Below, piece by piece: positions 10,266 through 20,322 of a stretch of 64,000 nucleotides of DNA. The notes beneath the pieces are model-generated. The model did no database searches and was not told the origin of the DNA. It was given only the letters and a program-made list of their open reading frames with translations. This stretch comes from a virus (Duplodnaviria; Caudoviricetes). A program made the position numbers and the translations under genes. How positions within the stretch are numbered: the first letter of the stretch is position 1; each line of letters starts with the position of its first letter. The stretch lies in the IMG/VR virus record IMGVR_UViG_3300003523_000012, positions 1 through 64,000 of that record; one strand, written 5' to 3'.

Positions 10266-10622
10266 TTAAGCTAATGAGTCAATTTCCTTGCTATAGACTG
10301 CAATGCTCTTTCGCATAGAGTCAATACGACGCATTCTCTGAGCAATACGAGTCTCATACTCATCAATCGCAGATTTATAGAGCTTAATATCTTCTTTAGC
10401 ATCCTGGATAAAATATCTTTTGCGCTTTTTACATGCACGCAAGTAGGCAATGCGCTTTCCAGTCTCTTCATTGAATGTGTCTTCAGGGCTGCACTTAGCA
10501 ATGCCACGGAAAGAGGTGAAGTAGTCTTCTTTGATGATGCAGATAACCATTCCACATTCAGGCTTTACAATGTAACGTACACTTCTATCAGTCATTTTCT
10601 TAAAGTTTTTAATGTTATACAA
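10266..10622 (-). CDS. Conserved phage protein
   Basis: GIAKCSPEDTFNEETGKRIA motif, common in phage hypothetical proteins. Confidence 0.65.
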   Translation of the reverse strand: MYNIKNFKKMTDRSVRYIVKPECGMVICIIKEDYFTSFRGIAKCSPEDTFNEETGKRIAYLRACKKRKRYFIQDAKEDIKLYKSAIDEYETRIAQRMRRIDSMRKSIAVYSKEIDSLA

Positions 10623-10653
10623 TTAATTTAATATATCTAATTTATCTTACTTA

Positions 10654-11949
10654 TTAAAGATCTCGTTCCTCTTCATAAATATATTTCACTACTGGGAATC
10701 TTAACGAGTAAGTTCCATTAGCATTTTGTGATTCTTGGAAATACTTCACTGTTACAGTCTTGCCAATCAACTCATCATGACGGTCTCTGTACCAAAATCT
10801 TTGAGCTTTAGAGAAGCCACTTCCTACTTCTACTTTATTTCCTTTATACTCTATAGTGATTGATGAAAGGACATTATAGACCTGCTGCTTGCCATTTTCG
10901 ATAAATCTGATGTCGCCATTCTCACAGCTTATGATCTTAGCTTCAAGATCTTGGAACTTCTTCACTTTCAACATGTTCTTAGATCGCTTTCCTTCATATC
11001 CTACATTCTTTCTAAGCATCAAGCCTTCCCAGCCTTTCTCAAGTGATTCATTGAAGTGCTCATCAAATTGCTCTTTACTAGTAAGAATCCTTTGCTCAAC
11101 AGCTTCAAGATGTGGATACAAGCCTTGCTTGATCTCTTTGAATATCACTCTATCCAATCTGTCTAATAACTTCACTGAGCTAGAGTTAGTGAAGAATTCT
11201 TCAATAGTAAGACAGTCAAATACTTTGTAGCAAGGATTAGAGATTGTCCAATTCTTACGTTTGATTTCTGATACAATAGAGATAAAGTCTTCATCACCAT
11301 TGACATCTACAATACAGCACTCACCATCAAGGACAAATTCACCAGGAATCTTCATAATAGAGTCTTTAAGGACATCTAATGTGAAAAACTCTTTGCCTGA
11401 ACGTGCATAGAAATGGACTTCATTGTCTTTCTTCACACATATGCAGCGCACACCATCGAGCTTGCGAGAAGAGCACCACTCACCAGAAGTGAAGTCAACA
11501 AACTTCTCAGTCTTCTCATTATACTTGTCTGACAAAGCTACAGAGAACTCTGAGAACATGTTAGGAAACACTTTTTTGATGCTAGCTTTAGCCATACCAA
11601 TAGCCAGATCATGCTTCAAGATTCCAAGAAAGATAGGTCTTATAGCTGGATTATACACAGCAAACTCTGTAGCATACTTTTGTGCCTCATTGCCAGTAAT
11701 GACTCTAGTTTTGAGATCATATAAGAGACTAAACATGTCATAGTACATAGGGAATATAGTCTCTTCCTGCATGAAAGTGTCTATCTGGTCTGGAGAGATG
11801 AAGTACTTCTCACCAGAGTATGCAGCATGCAGCACTTTAGCTAGTGTCTCATCTTCTTTGTATGACTCTAAGATCTGTAGCTTCTCTTTGTTCTTAGTAG
11901 TCTGCTTGAGTTTCTCAAAGCACTCTAAGGTCTTAGTGTAATTATTCAT
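10654..11949 (-). CDS. lig: ATP-dependent DNA ligase
   Basis: KLDGVR (motif I), LDGE, EGLMLR, KVK, VGSGFS, SLRFP. Confidence 0.95.
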   Translation of the reverse strand: MNNYTKTLECFEKLKQTTKNKEKLQILESYKEDETLAKVLHAAYSGEKYFISPDQIDTFMQEETIFPMYYDMFSLLYDLKTRVITGNEAQKYATEFAVYNPAIRPIFLGILKHDLAIGMAKASIKKVFPNMFSEFSVALSDKYNEKTEKFVDFTSGEWCSSRKLDGVRCICVKKDNEVHFYARSGKEFFTLDVLKDSIMKIPGEFVLDGECCIVDVNGDEDFISIVSEIKRKNWTISNPCYKVFDCLTIEEFFTNSSSVKLLDRLDRVIFKEIKQGLYPHLEAVEQRILTSKEQFDEHFNESLEKGWEGLMLRKNVGYEGKRSKNMLKVKKFQDLEAKIISCENGDIRFIENGKQQVYNVLSSITIEYKGNKVEVGSGFSKAQRFWYRDRHDELIGKTVTVKYFQESQNANGTYSLRFPVVKYIYEEERDL

Positions 11950-12184
11950 ATATAGTGTCTCGTTTATTAAGTCCTATTGTCAATGTATCACCAACTCTAT
12001 ATCTTTCATTTGTGTAAAAGTAATGGAGTACTTTACAGTTTTCTCCTTTAATATACACACGATAGTTATTGCCAGATTCAGAATATGCTATTTTTGAGAT
12101 TACATAATCATTACTATTCCCCATCCAATTTGTACAACCGGAGAGCATCAAAAATGATACAATAACTAATAATATCTTTTTCAT
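11942..12184 (-). CDS. Small lipoprotein
   Basis: Signal peptide with LSGC lipobox. Confidence 0.6.
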   Translation of the reverse strand: MKKILLVIVSFLMLSGCTNWMGNSNDYVISKIAYSESGNNYRVYIKGENCKVLHYFYTNERYRVGDTLTIGLNKRDTIYE

Positions 12185-12189
12185 GATTC

Positions 12190-12633
12190 TTATTTATCTG
12201 AATTATTAGATTCATGTGTGTAATGGATCACCTCGAGCATCTCATCACATTTCTTTGCATAATAGCCATCAGCCTTGATCTCTCTCCAATCCTGTGGGAA
12301 AGTGTACCAGCCAGCATTGCAATAGTAGGTCTTCATTCCAGGGAACTTCTCTTTCAGCATTCCAATGCCAGTAGAAAAACCCATAGATCCATAGTACGAA
12401 GAGTTGCTGTCCATCAAGAGCTCAATAGTTCCCTTGTACCATCCTTCTCGTGCTTTGTAATGACCTTCACCATCCTCGATTTCAAGTTTAAGCTCTTTAG
12501 GTGTTACAATCTCGTGGTCCTTAACGACCAAAGCCAAATTAGCATCCATACTGAGGTGATCATAAAAAAATGCATAGATTCCATCACCATTCTCTTTGCA
12601 CTTGTTGATAATATCATCAATCATATATCCCAT
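12190..12633 (-). CDS. Hypothetical protein
   Basis: ORF with phage-like codon usage. Confidence 0.6.
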   Translation of the reverse strand: MGYMIDDIINKCKENGDGIYAFFYDHLSMDANLALVVKDHEIVTPKELKLEIEDGEGHYKAREGWYKGTIELLMDSNSSYYGSMGFSTGIGMLKEKFPGMKTYYCNAGWYTFPQDWREIKADGYYAKKCDEMLEVIHYTHESNNSDK

Positions 12634-12682
12634 AATTCTTTATTGTTTATTAGTTTTACTTATATTATTAATCTTTTATGAC

Positions 12683-13417
12683 TTACTTGATCTCATTAAG
12701 TTTGACATTCAAATCATATATTCCATCCGTACGATAAAGTACAGGGCTTATTTTCTTAGATTCAGCCATAGTGATGTCATATCTCTTGTCACCAATGATC
12801 TTGCCGCTTTTGACAGAACCACGCTTTTCAGCATATATCTTGAAGTTCCCTTCAATGACATTGCACTCATAGAGGCCAAATTCGTTCATGATATGAGACA
12901 CATCTGAAGCATCATAGTTCTTAGGGAGTCTGAACATCACATAGCCTCTGTCCTTAGAGATCAATGCCTGATAGTCAGCAGACATTCTTTGCTCAGTCTT
13001 TAAAGAATATTTGCTTCTGTCCATGTCTTCACGAGTAGCTCTGACCGTGATGTCAATCCCACTGAGATCAGATATTCTCTTAGCTTCTTTAAGAAAGAAC
13101 TCACCATGGCCTCTGCGTTTGCCTTTAGACCAAGCAGACAAATAGATCTCTTTTCCATTGACAACATAGTCTTTGATATGGATCATCTCATGAAGCAAAG
13201 TAGACATTTTCACATCTTCTGGTTGATCCCAGTAATTGCTAATAGTTATAGAGAAATCAGTAGTAGAGCCTGTAATGTCATCATACCTAGCACTAGCCAG
13301 TCCAAGATAAGACTTAGCAGATGAAGTTCTGAACTTTATTTTAGGAAGCTCATTGTTGAAGTACATCTTGTTGAACTTCTTATAGTTGTCTGATATCCAT
13401 TTCTTATTTACAATCAT
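12683..13417 (-). CDS. SprT-like zinc metalloprotease
   Basis: FN..YFNNELP, TLLHEMIH, HG.FF motifs. Confidence 0.85.
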   Translation of the reverse strand: MIVNKKWISDNYKKFNKMYFNNELPKIKFRTSSAKSYLGLASARYDDITGSTTDFSITISNYWDQPEDVKMSTLLHEMIHIKDYVVNGKEIYLSAWSKGKRRGHGEFFLKEAKRISDLSGIDITVRATREDMDRSKYSLKTEQRMSADYQALISKDRGYVMFRLPKNYDASDVSHIMNEFGLYECNVIEGNFKIYAEKRGSVKSGKIIGDKRYDITMAESKKISPVLYRTDGIYDLNVKLNEIK

Positions 13418-13466
13418 ATTTTTTAGGTGTTACAATAGTAACATATGTCACTTTTTTTAAAGTTAA

Positions 13467-13997
13467 CTACCTTATTCTATAATCGTAAACAGCAGTAGGT
13501 GAGTCACTTAAGAAAAACATACTATGCTTGTCTTTCTTAGTGTAGAACACATTGTTTATTCCTCTCTTTAATTTAATTATATATTTATTAGGAATTGGCA
13601 AATCTCTTTCTTTGAATTTTAGATACACATCTAACTTAATGACTTCAAACAAGTTAGAATCCACTTCTTTGACAATCTTGTAAGCTTCTTTATATATATT
13701 CCAGCTTAACTCATTAGTGCTCTCTACTTTAATGAAATACTTGTTCTCCATAGGAAGCACTTCTAACCTCTTCTCCATCAAACTGTTGACAATCCGATTA
13801 CGCACTTGGTAAGCAGAAAGGCCAGTGTTCTCATAGTTGTCTATAATCTTTCTTTTCAAGTCCAACCAATCTTCTTGAGACAATCCTTGACCTTTCAAGC
13901 CAAATTCTACAATAGAGTTGTTGACTTTAGCTAACCTTTCTTCTAAAGAAGGGATTATATTTGTCATTATGTTTATCTTGTACTCTTCTATAGTCAT
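13467..13997 (-). CDS. Hypothetical protein
   Basis: ORF preceded by promoter motif at 14022-14049. Confidence 0.6.
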   Translation of the reverse strand: MTIEEYKINIMTNIIPSLEERLAKVNNSIVEFGLKGQGLSQEDWLDLKRKIIDNYENTGLSAYQVRNRIVNSLMEKRLEVLPMENKYFIKVESTNELSWNIYKEAYKIVKEVDSNLFEVIKLDVYLKFKERDLPIPNKYIIKLKRGINNVFYTKKDKHSMFFLSDSPTAVYDYRIR

Positions 13998-14061
13998 AAG
14001 TAATAGGTTTATATCTTTATCAATATATCCTATTACTTAATATTGTAACAAAAATATTTTT

Positions 14062-14159
14062 GCCGCCTGATGGCGGTTTAGACCTTAGGAGTATAATTAT
14101 ATCGGGTACCGGTTATTCCGCCAACAGGCGCCGCGCTACGGACTTCAGGCGGCGAAATT
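14062..14159. repeat. Dispersed ~100-bp GC-rich inverted-repeat element, copy A
   Basis: GCCTGATGGCGG...CCGCCAACAGGC arms around an AT-rich core; near-identical to 32369-32468. Confidence 0.85.
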
Positions 14160-14177
14160 CATGGTGCCTTATACACG

Positions 14178-14203
14178 AAAAGGGATCCTGTTGGATCCCT
14201 TTT
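14178..14203 (-). terminator. Rho-independent terminator
   Basis: AAAAGGGATCC-tgtt-GGATCCCTTTT hairpin after the Hc1-like gene. Confidence 0.75.
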
Positions 14204-14228
14204 CTATTGTTTCAATTTACTAAGTAGA

Positions 14229-14423
14229 TTACTCTTCAGCTTTTTGTGAAAGCTCGTTCTTAGTAGCTTGAGCGTCAACACGAATCTCTTGAGCAAGAGC
14301 TTTCACTTCTTGCATTGCTTTACGGATTCTGGTAGATGCGGCTTTTACACCTTTCTCATAAAGTTTCACAAAATCTTCTTCGCAATTCATAATGACTTCT
14401 TTAAGCTGTTCGTACTTTTCCAT
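14229..14423 (-). CDS. Histone H1-like nucleoid protein (Hc1 family, Bacteroidetes type)
   Basis: DFVKLYEKGVKAASTRIRKAMQEVKALAQEIR. Confidence 0.8.
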   Translation of the reverse strand: MEKYEQLKEVIMNCEEDFVKLYEKGVKAASTRIRKAMQEVKALAQEIRVDAQATKNELSQKAEE

Positions 14424-14526
14424 TGTTTTGATTGTTTAATTTAAAAAAATTTGTTTAGATAATTTGTTTAATTTGTATGAATAACTGCTGATAAATAAAT
14501 ATAAAACAAAACTAATAGTTTTTTCA

Positions 14527-14976
14527 CTATATGTGAATAGATTTTGCAATTTCTGGAAAATTGGTTTTTAATTGGTCACAGACTTTCAAAGTCATTTCTT
14601 CAACACCTTTTTGTATTTCTAAGTCTTTTTCCTTGCATGAAGTCCTGAATACATACTTTATACTATAACCAATGTTGGGATTATTTACCCATTTAAGATC
14701 ATCATCATATTTGGTAAATGGCAAATATGATTTTGATATGCCATAATTCACTAAAGACTGTACAAATATCATTTTGTCATCATCAGAATCATTAGTATGC
14801 TTTATATTAAGCCATGAATTCACAATATCTTTTGATGCAACAAAATATATATTAGACTTGTTCTCATTAGTTATGACAAAATCTCCAACTTGTAAAGTCG
14901 ATTTTTTAGGATTCTTTACAATAAACAAGTCTCCGGCATGCGCACGCTTTATTGTGTTTTTAGATATTAATGGCAT
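14527..14976 (-). CDS. Hypothetical protein, LISK..I.RAH family
   Basis: MPLISKNTIKRAH. Confidence 0.7.
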   Translation of the reverse strand: MPLISKNTIKRAHAGDLFIVKNPKKSTLQVGDFVITNENKSNIYFVASKDIVNSWLNIKHTNDSDDDKMIFVQSLVNYGISKSYLPFTKYDDDLKWVNNPNIGYSIKYVFRTSCKEKDLEIQKGVEEMTLKVCDQLKTNFPEIAKSIHI

Positions 14977-15401
14977 TAAAGTCTTGCAAATTTATTTCTG
15001 ATTTTTATATACTTTGTTTCAAGCTCATCATATTTCTTCTTTTGATCATCATCCATTTTTGAGTACAAGCCATTTCTCAATTCAGATAGCATCTCAGTAG
15101 TCCACTCACCAGTGTTGTTCAACACTGACTCTGCTTGAGGGATGTCACTGACATCAAAATCAAGATCTCTGACAAAGTTCTTGAGCTCTTGAAGCAATTC
15201 AACTTTCTCTTTTCCAAATTTGTTTCTGTTCTTTTCAGCAATCAATGCTCTTACCATTTGAGAAGAGACACCGCATCCAATAGAGATCAAAGTTGCTATT
15301 GATGATGATATGAGTGATATAAAAGTCACATCAAACATTGAGAATAATGAGCTTTCATTTATCTGTTGCTCTTCATTTATTACATCTATTACTTCTTTCA
15401 T
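14976..15401 (-). CDS. Hypothetical protein with capsid-targeting-like N-terminus and a hydrophobic segment
   Basis: MKEVIDVINEEQQINESS followed by a TM-like stretch. Confidence 0.6.
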   Translation of the reverse strand: MKEVIDVINEEQQINESSLFSMFDVTFISLISSSIATLISIGCGVSSQMVRALIAEKNRNKFGKEKVELLQELKNFVRDLDFDVSDIPQAESVLNNTGEWTTEMLSELRNGLYSKMDDDQKKKYDELETKYIKIRNKFARL

Positions 15402-15432
15402 ATATATTATATAGTATTTTTCAAGTTTATAT

Positions 15433-15816
15433 TTATAGTCCCCATAATTCTTTTATCTCATCATACGTAAGAGGAGGGACATCACCAATGCTGTCATCTG
15501 TTCCCCAGTATTTTTTCATGAACTGGTAAAGCTCTTCTTTGTCTATAGGAAGATCGCTCATTGGGTATAAAAGAAATTCTGACCTGATGATATCTAATGG
15601 TGTTGGAGCATACACAAGAAAAAGCTCATCAATCTCCTCATAAGTCATTATCCAAACATCTACATCTGAAAAAGAGAAAGTTGGTTTCTTGTATTTTTTA
15701 TATTGATTATAAAAACCACAACTAGGTATAACTAGATACTCATTAGATACTCTAGACCTTTTAACATGTGCTCGGTGTATAGTGCTCTTTGATATTAATG
15801 CTTTAAGTGGCTTCAT
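15433..15816 (-). CDS. Hypothetical protein, LISK..I.RAH family
   Basis: MKPLKALISKSTIHRAH. Confidence 0.7.
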   Translation of the reverse strand: MKPLKALISKSTIHRAHVKRSRVSNEYLVIPSCGFYNQYKKYKKPTFSFSDVDVWIMTYEEIDELFLVYAPTPLDIIRSEFLLYPMSDLPIDKEELYQFMKKYWGTDDSIGDVPPLTYDEIKELWGL

Positions 15817-15824
15817 ATTGATTC

Positions 15825-16247
15825 TTATTTGATTTTATTGCAAATCTCATCATATATTACTTTAAAATCTTCTTTAGATTTTATTGTTTTAAAGTCTACA
15901 TTGCTAATCAATACCTTTTCAATTTTAGTATCATCCCAATGTCTGTGATATGGGAATTTTTTCTCAAAAGAAGCAGCATTCCAATAAGAAAATCCATATT
16001 TATTTGTATCATATTTTATAAACACTATATCACGCCCTTCTGATATTTCTTTTTGGAACTCTTTAGGAAGACTTTCTCTATTTGATACAATATATAGTCT
16101 TAAGATCTTTTCATCACTTATAATTATTACATTGCCAGGTTTTATAGCATCTTCATACTTTGGGTTTTGAATATAGTTCTTTAGAATTATTCCAGTATGT
16201 GCGCGATTTATAGTACTTTTAGATATCAAGGCTTTAAGTGGTCTCAT
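15825..16247 (-). CDS. Hypothetical protein, LISK..I.RAH family; paralog of 16257..16676
   Basis: MRPLKALISKSTINRAH; shared GFSYW.A..F...FPYHR.W.DTKI. Confidence 0.75.
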   Translation of the reverse strand: MRPLKALISKSTINRAHTGIILKNYIQNPKYEDAIKPGNVIIISDEKILRLYIVSNRESLPKEFQKEISEGRDIVFIKYDTNKYGFSYWNAASFEKKFPYHRHWDDTKIEKVLISNVDFKTIKSKEDFKVIYDEICNKIK

Positions 16248-16256
16248 ATTAATTTC

Positions 16257-16676
16257 TTATCTGATTTTATCACAAATCTTATTATATAACACTTTAAAAT
16301 CATTTTTAGATCTTAGATTACTCATGTCTATATTAGCATCCCATATCTGGACTATTTTTGTATCATGCCAAGTTCTGTGATATGGAAAATTTGGAATAAA
16401 ATTAGCAGCCTCCCAATAAGAATAGCCTATGGCATTCATATCCCAATATCTTATAAATATATCCCCATCACTTGTATAAATTTCTTTTTGTATGTATTTA
16501 GGAAGATTTTTTACATCTTGCACAATGTATATGTCATATCTATCTTCATTCCACATCTTTATTATGTTCCCATTTCTTATATTTTTCAATTCTATAGGGA
16601 CAGATACATTTATGGAAAAAGGTGCATGTGCACGATGAATAGTGCTTTTAGATATCAAGGCTTTAAGTGGTTTCAT
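16257..16676 (-). CDS. Hypothetical protein, LISK..I.RAH family; paralog of 15825..16247
   Basis: MKPLKALISKSTIHRAH; shared C-terminal motifs. Confidence 0.75.
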   Translation of the reverse strand: MKPLKALISKSTIHRAHAPFSINVSVPIELKNIRNGNIIKMWNEDRYDIYIVQDVKNLPKYIQKEIYTSDGDIFIRYWDMNAIGYSYWEAANFIPNFPYHRTWHDTKIVQIWDANIDMSNLRSKNDFKVLYNKICDKIR

Positions 16677-16682
16677 CTTATA

Positions 16683-17486
16683 CTATAATGTATTTGGTTG
16701 GAAGATAAAGTCCATTGTGTGGTTCTTTTCTGCCCACTCTTCAATCTTTTCTAATTCTCTATCTGCTTGGTCAGAATACATCGAGTAATTGATAGTGACA
16801 CCACCAGGGAATTTGAACTCCCAAGTTCCATAGATAGAAGCTAGATTCTGTTTGCAGAATGCTACTACTAGTCTGAAAAAGTAAAAATTACCATATAAGT
16901 CTTGGATTCTGCATCTTTTATAGCAGTTTATCAAGATATCAGATTTTCCAAGATCACCTAAAATAACTAATTTATGTGAGTTCTCATTATAGTTATATGA
17001 CAAAGGAGCATTAAGATTCTGGTTGAATGTGTCAACTTCATACATAGAAGTGATCACATCCGCAAGAGAGAATCCAGACATTCCAGCAGTTCCTGAGAAT
17101 CCATTAGCAATAGTTCCAACTCCACCAAATAGAGAATAAGTAGACATCATCATTCTCTCAAGTGAGAAATCGCCCATTGCTCCATATCTCATGTTCTTTT
17201 GAAGTTTGTAACAGCCATGAACATTTTGTATCTGTTGTGGAAGCTGTATGATCTTGTTCAATATGTTGCACTTGCAAACGGCTTCATACGGAATGACATA
17301 CATACGCTCTTCAAGTGATTGGTCTACATTCAGCCAGAACCATTGAGCAGCTTGGATAATGTACTCAGGGATACGCTCTACTGGCAATGCAAACGGAAGT
17401 GCACAGCTTTGTGTGACCTCAGCTTGCACTCTCATTATGAATTGATAGTCTAATTGATCTTCTATTCTAGTTATGTCTTCAATCAT
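16683..17486 (-). CDS. Neck/head-tail adaptor protein (T4 gp13-like)
   Basis: C-terminal FKFPGGVTINY resembles gp13 LPGGVTLNG. Confidence 0.7.
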   Translation of the reverse strand: MIEDITRIEDQLDYQFIMRVQAEVTQSCALPFALPVERIPEYIIQAAQWFWLNVDQSLEERMYVIPYEAVCKCNILNKIIQLPQQIQNVHGCYKLQKNMRYGAMGDFSLERMMMSTYSLFGGVGTIANGFSGTAGMSGFSLADVITSMYEVDTFNQNLNAPLSYNYNENSHKLVILGDLGKSDILINCYKRCRIQDLYGNFYFFRLVVAFCKQNLASIYGTWEFKFPGGVTINYSMYSDQADRELEKIEEWAEKNHTMDFIFQPNTL

Positions 17487-17541
17487 TTGTATATCATTTG
17501 ACTTATTTAATAATAAATATCAAAAGATACAAATGACAAGC

Positions 17542-18189
17542 TTATATGAACAAACGAAGAGCTTCCATCATTGTTGGATTCTCTTTTATCTTCTTTATAA
17601 TCTTTTTATTTGTCACCGTAACGGTGGCAGCAGACACATTGAAGCTCTTTGCAATATCAATCCCTTTTGACTCTTCTCTACCATTCAATCCAAAGTACAT
17701 GTAGAACATCTCACAATCTCTTTTAGAGAAGTTGAACTCCAGCCATTTGAACAGGTCAGTCATGACTTCTTCATATGATAGATTGTCTACTTCTGGATCT
17801 TCAACACCAAGTATCTCCAACTTGTCTTCTTGAGTGTCTTCATAAATGTTTGAGATGCTTTGAGAGATGAATGTGCTCTCACCTCTCTCTTTTGCTTTCT
17901 TCTGCTGGTATGCATTGAACTTCACGACATGGCCTTCTTCATTTGCTGAAGTGAGAATGTTGTTACGCATGCACCATCCTGCATATTGTTGGAATGATTG
18001 AGAAGTTCCTTCTTTATAGCCATTCATAGCCTTCACAAATCCCTCCATAGCAGCACCAACAATATCATCAAAAGTCAATGGGAGCTTTCCAGCATACTGG
18101 TTCACAATCTTGAACATTAGATTCTTATATTGCAAGAACAACCTTTCACGTTCTTTTGGGTCTTTTAGATTCAAAGTTTCTTTATTCAT
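17542..18189 (-). CDS. Sigma-70 family RNA polymerase sigma factor
   Basis: Region 2 DDIVGAAMEGFVKA..Y...SFQQYAGWCMRNNI; region 4 HTH YFGL...DIAKSFNVS. Confidence 0.88.
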   Translation of the reverse strand: MNKETLNLKDPKERERLFLQYKNLMFKIVNQYAGKLPLTFDDIVGAAMEGFVKAMNGYKEGTSQSFQQYAGWCMRNNILTSANEEGHVVKFNAYQQKKAKERGESTFISQSISNIYEDTQEDKLEILGVEDPEVDNLSYEEVMTDLFKWLEFNFSKRDCEMFYMYFGLNGREESKGIDIAKSFNVSAATVTVTNKKIIKKIKENPTMMEALRLFI

Positions 18190-18385
18190 ATTTTGTAAAT
18201 ATTTCTTTAAAAGTTTTCTTTATTATATTCCATTTGATATAAATAACATATACCATATTGAATACTGGAATTAATGATAGCAAAACTGGTATTGCCACAT
18301 TATCTGTCTTTTCTAACATATAACTAAAACATACACCAAAAAAGACTAAATATCCTATTATTAAAAAAATCAACATGTATTCCAT
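18182..18385 (-). CDS. Small membrane protein
   Basis: Two hydrophobic segments, LSLIPVFN. Confidence 0.55.
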   Translation of the reverse strand: MEYMLIFLIIGYLVFFGVCFSYMLEKTDNVAIPVLLSLIPVFNMVYVIYIKWNIIKKTFKEIFTKYE

Positions 18386-18497
18386 GATCTAATTTTTAGT
18401 TGGTTCAATAATAACTTATATATATATTTCCCACATTAACAAAAAACTTTTTCTGTTCACAAGATTATTATTTTCATATAAATATATATGTCAACAT

Positions 18498-19133
18498 ATG
18501 TTAAGCTTAACACCAAGATTTGACTTGTTTGAGTTCAGATTCCCTAAAGACTTTTTTCCACAAGAAGTATATGATAAATATTACAGATTGATAAATGAGA
18601 ACCAAGCAGTCATATTTGATCCAGTGAATTTGGTGAATGAGTCTATACAAGGCATCACTATTCCTGGAATAAATGATATTGTAGAGCCACAGCCACAGAC
18701 AAGCACAAACTCTATAAAAAGAGATTCAAGACATATCAATAGAGAGCCAAAGCATGATAATTTCTATGATGGCCCTAGCAATCCACTTGATCTAATGGAC
18801 AAAGATTTCACTGTAACATTCAGGCAAAATCAAGGCTTGCTGAACTATTTCATAATGTATGAGACTTTATTTCATCATTTGTGCAAGCCAATACTATACA
18901 ACAAAGGAAATGATGTCTGGACTATACGTATATTGAATGAGCAAGGAAGAGTATATTCTAATATAATGCTATACCAACCAAGAATAATGGGGATTGATGG
19001 GTTAGATTTCTCTTACTCAAAATCTGAACGAACTTCTGAGTCATTTAATGTGAAATTCTCATTCAACAATCTTGATTTTGACTTCATAAGGTTCAAAGAC
19101 AAAGAACCAAACAATGTGAGTCTTTTAGTGTAA
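18498..19133 (+). CDS. Tail tube-like / baseplate-tube junction protein (gp19/gp54/gp3 fold)
   Basis: SIQGITIPGI, FTVTF, LDFSYS...FNVKFSF patterns. Confidence 0.55.
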   Translation: MLSLTPRFDLFEFRFPKDFFPQEVYDKYYRLINENQAVIFDPVNLVNESIQGITIPGINDIVEPQPQTSTNSIKRDSRHINREPKHDNFYDGPSNPLDLMDKDFTVTFRQNQGLLNYFIMYETLFHHLCKPILYNKGNDVWTIRILNEQGRVYSNIMLYQPRIMGIDGLDFSYSKSERTSESFNVKFSFNNLDFDFIRFKDKEPNNVSLLV

Positions 19134-19185
19134 AACAAAAAAAAGGTGACCATACAGCCACCTTTTTTTATTACATCTCATTTGA

Positions 19186-20262
19186 TTAATCTTCAACCAG
19201 TGAAAAGACAAAACGTAAGTTGCATTTCTTAAGAATGTTGTCTTCAACAATAAATGCTTGCTTGTGCTGCATTTGTCCAACTTCAGAGTTCCATACAACT
19301 GGCTCTTCAATCTTCTCAAGCTTGACTTGGACTTCTTGACCAGGATGGTAATGGTTCAATTTGCTAGAAGGCATTTCAATCATTCCTGTAATGTTTATTT
19401 CAGGAATCTCAACAAACACACCTTGTTTCTTAGATGAGTTGATAATACCAGTCACAACACCATTCCATTTTGTGTTAACGATCTCCTTCCAACGATCTGA
19501 CTCAAGGCAGTACTCATTGAAGAAGTCCATCTTGACTTTGTCTCCTTGGAATTTGAGATACTCTTTTGTAGAGCAAATCAAATTCATCTTGTCAGAAGGA
19601 CCATTGCTAGACTTGATGTAGTTTGTGATAAATGCCTTCACAGACTTTCCATTCCACTTCTCAAAGTCAGACTCAATGTTCAACACAATCTGAGAACCAG
19701 GAATAAATGCTTTAAGCATAATGTCTTGACCACAGAAGTCACTTACTGGATCAACTCTAACATCTCCTGAGAATCCACCACGCATAAGGTTGAGGTTTCT
19801 GACTTCAATTGAGCAATCTTTTTTGACATTGTACTGAGATTTGATGTTGTTGATCTTCTCATCTAGCCACTCATCAAACATTGGAGCTAATGGGTCAACA
19901 ACAATCTTATCACTAGTCTTAGAGATAACTTTGCAATTGATAGTCTCTTTTGGAGTGTTTTTCTTGAATCTCTTGTATTGGAACAAGTTCACTGCACTTA
20001 CAATCACTTCTTTGAACAAAGACTGATCAAAAGAGACTGTCTTCTTGTCAACATAAGTGATCTTGAGAGGAATGATGTCTCCAGGCTGCACATCATAGTA
20101 CATCTGGTTAGCTTCTTTCTTTCGGCTTTTCTTGATTTTCAAACCATACTCTTGAGCAAATGCTTCTCTAATGTCAACATCTTTGTAACGCTCAGAATTT
20201 TTTTTGATTCTTTCTAACTCAGAACCAGAGTTTGGCCATTCAAAACCATTGTTTTTCATCAA
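19186..20262 (-). CDS. S1 RNA-binding domain protein (ribosomal protein S1-like)
   Basis: AFIPGSQI and GVVTGI..KQGVFVEI...ITGMI S1-type motifs. Confidence 0.7.
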   Translation of the reverse strand: MMKNNGFEWPNSGSELERIKKNSERYKDVDIREAFAQEYGLKIKKSRKKEANQMYYDVQPGDIIPLKITYVDKKTVSFDQSLFKEVIVSAVNLFQYKRFKKNTPKETINCKVISKTSDKIVVDPLAPMFDEWLDEKINNIKSQYNVKKDCSIEVRNLNLMRGGFSGDVRVDPVSDFCGQDIMLKAFIPGSQIVLNIESDFEKWNGKSVKAFITNYIKSSNGPSDKMNLICSTKEYLKFQGDKVKMDFFNEYCLESDRWKEIVNTKWNGVVTGIINSSKKQGVFVEIPEINITGMIEMPSSKLNHYHPGQEVQVKLEKIEEPVVWNSEVGQMQHKQAFIVEDNILKKCNLRFVFSLVED

Positions 20263-20322
20263 TAAATAAATTAAAGGGTTATTAAATTAAGTAAGTATAC
20301 TCTAAAATAAGACAATTCAGTT

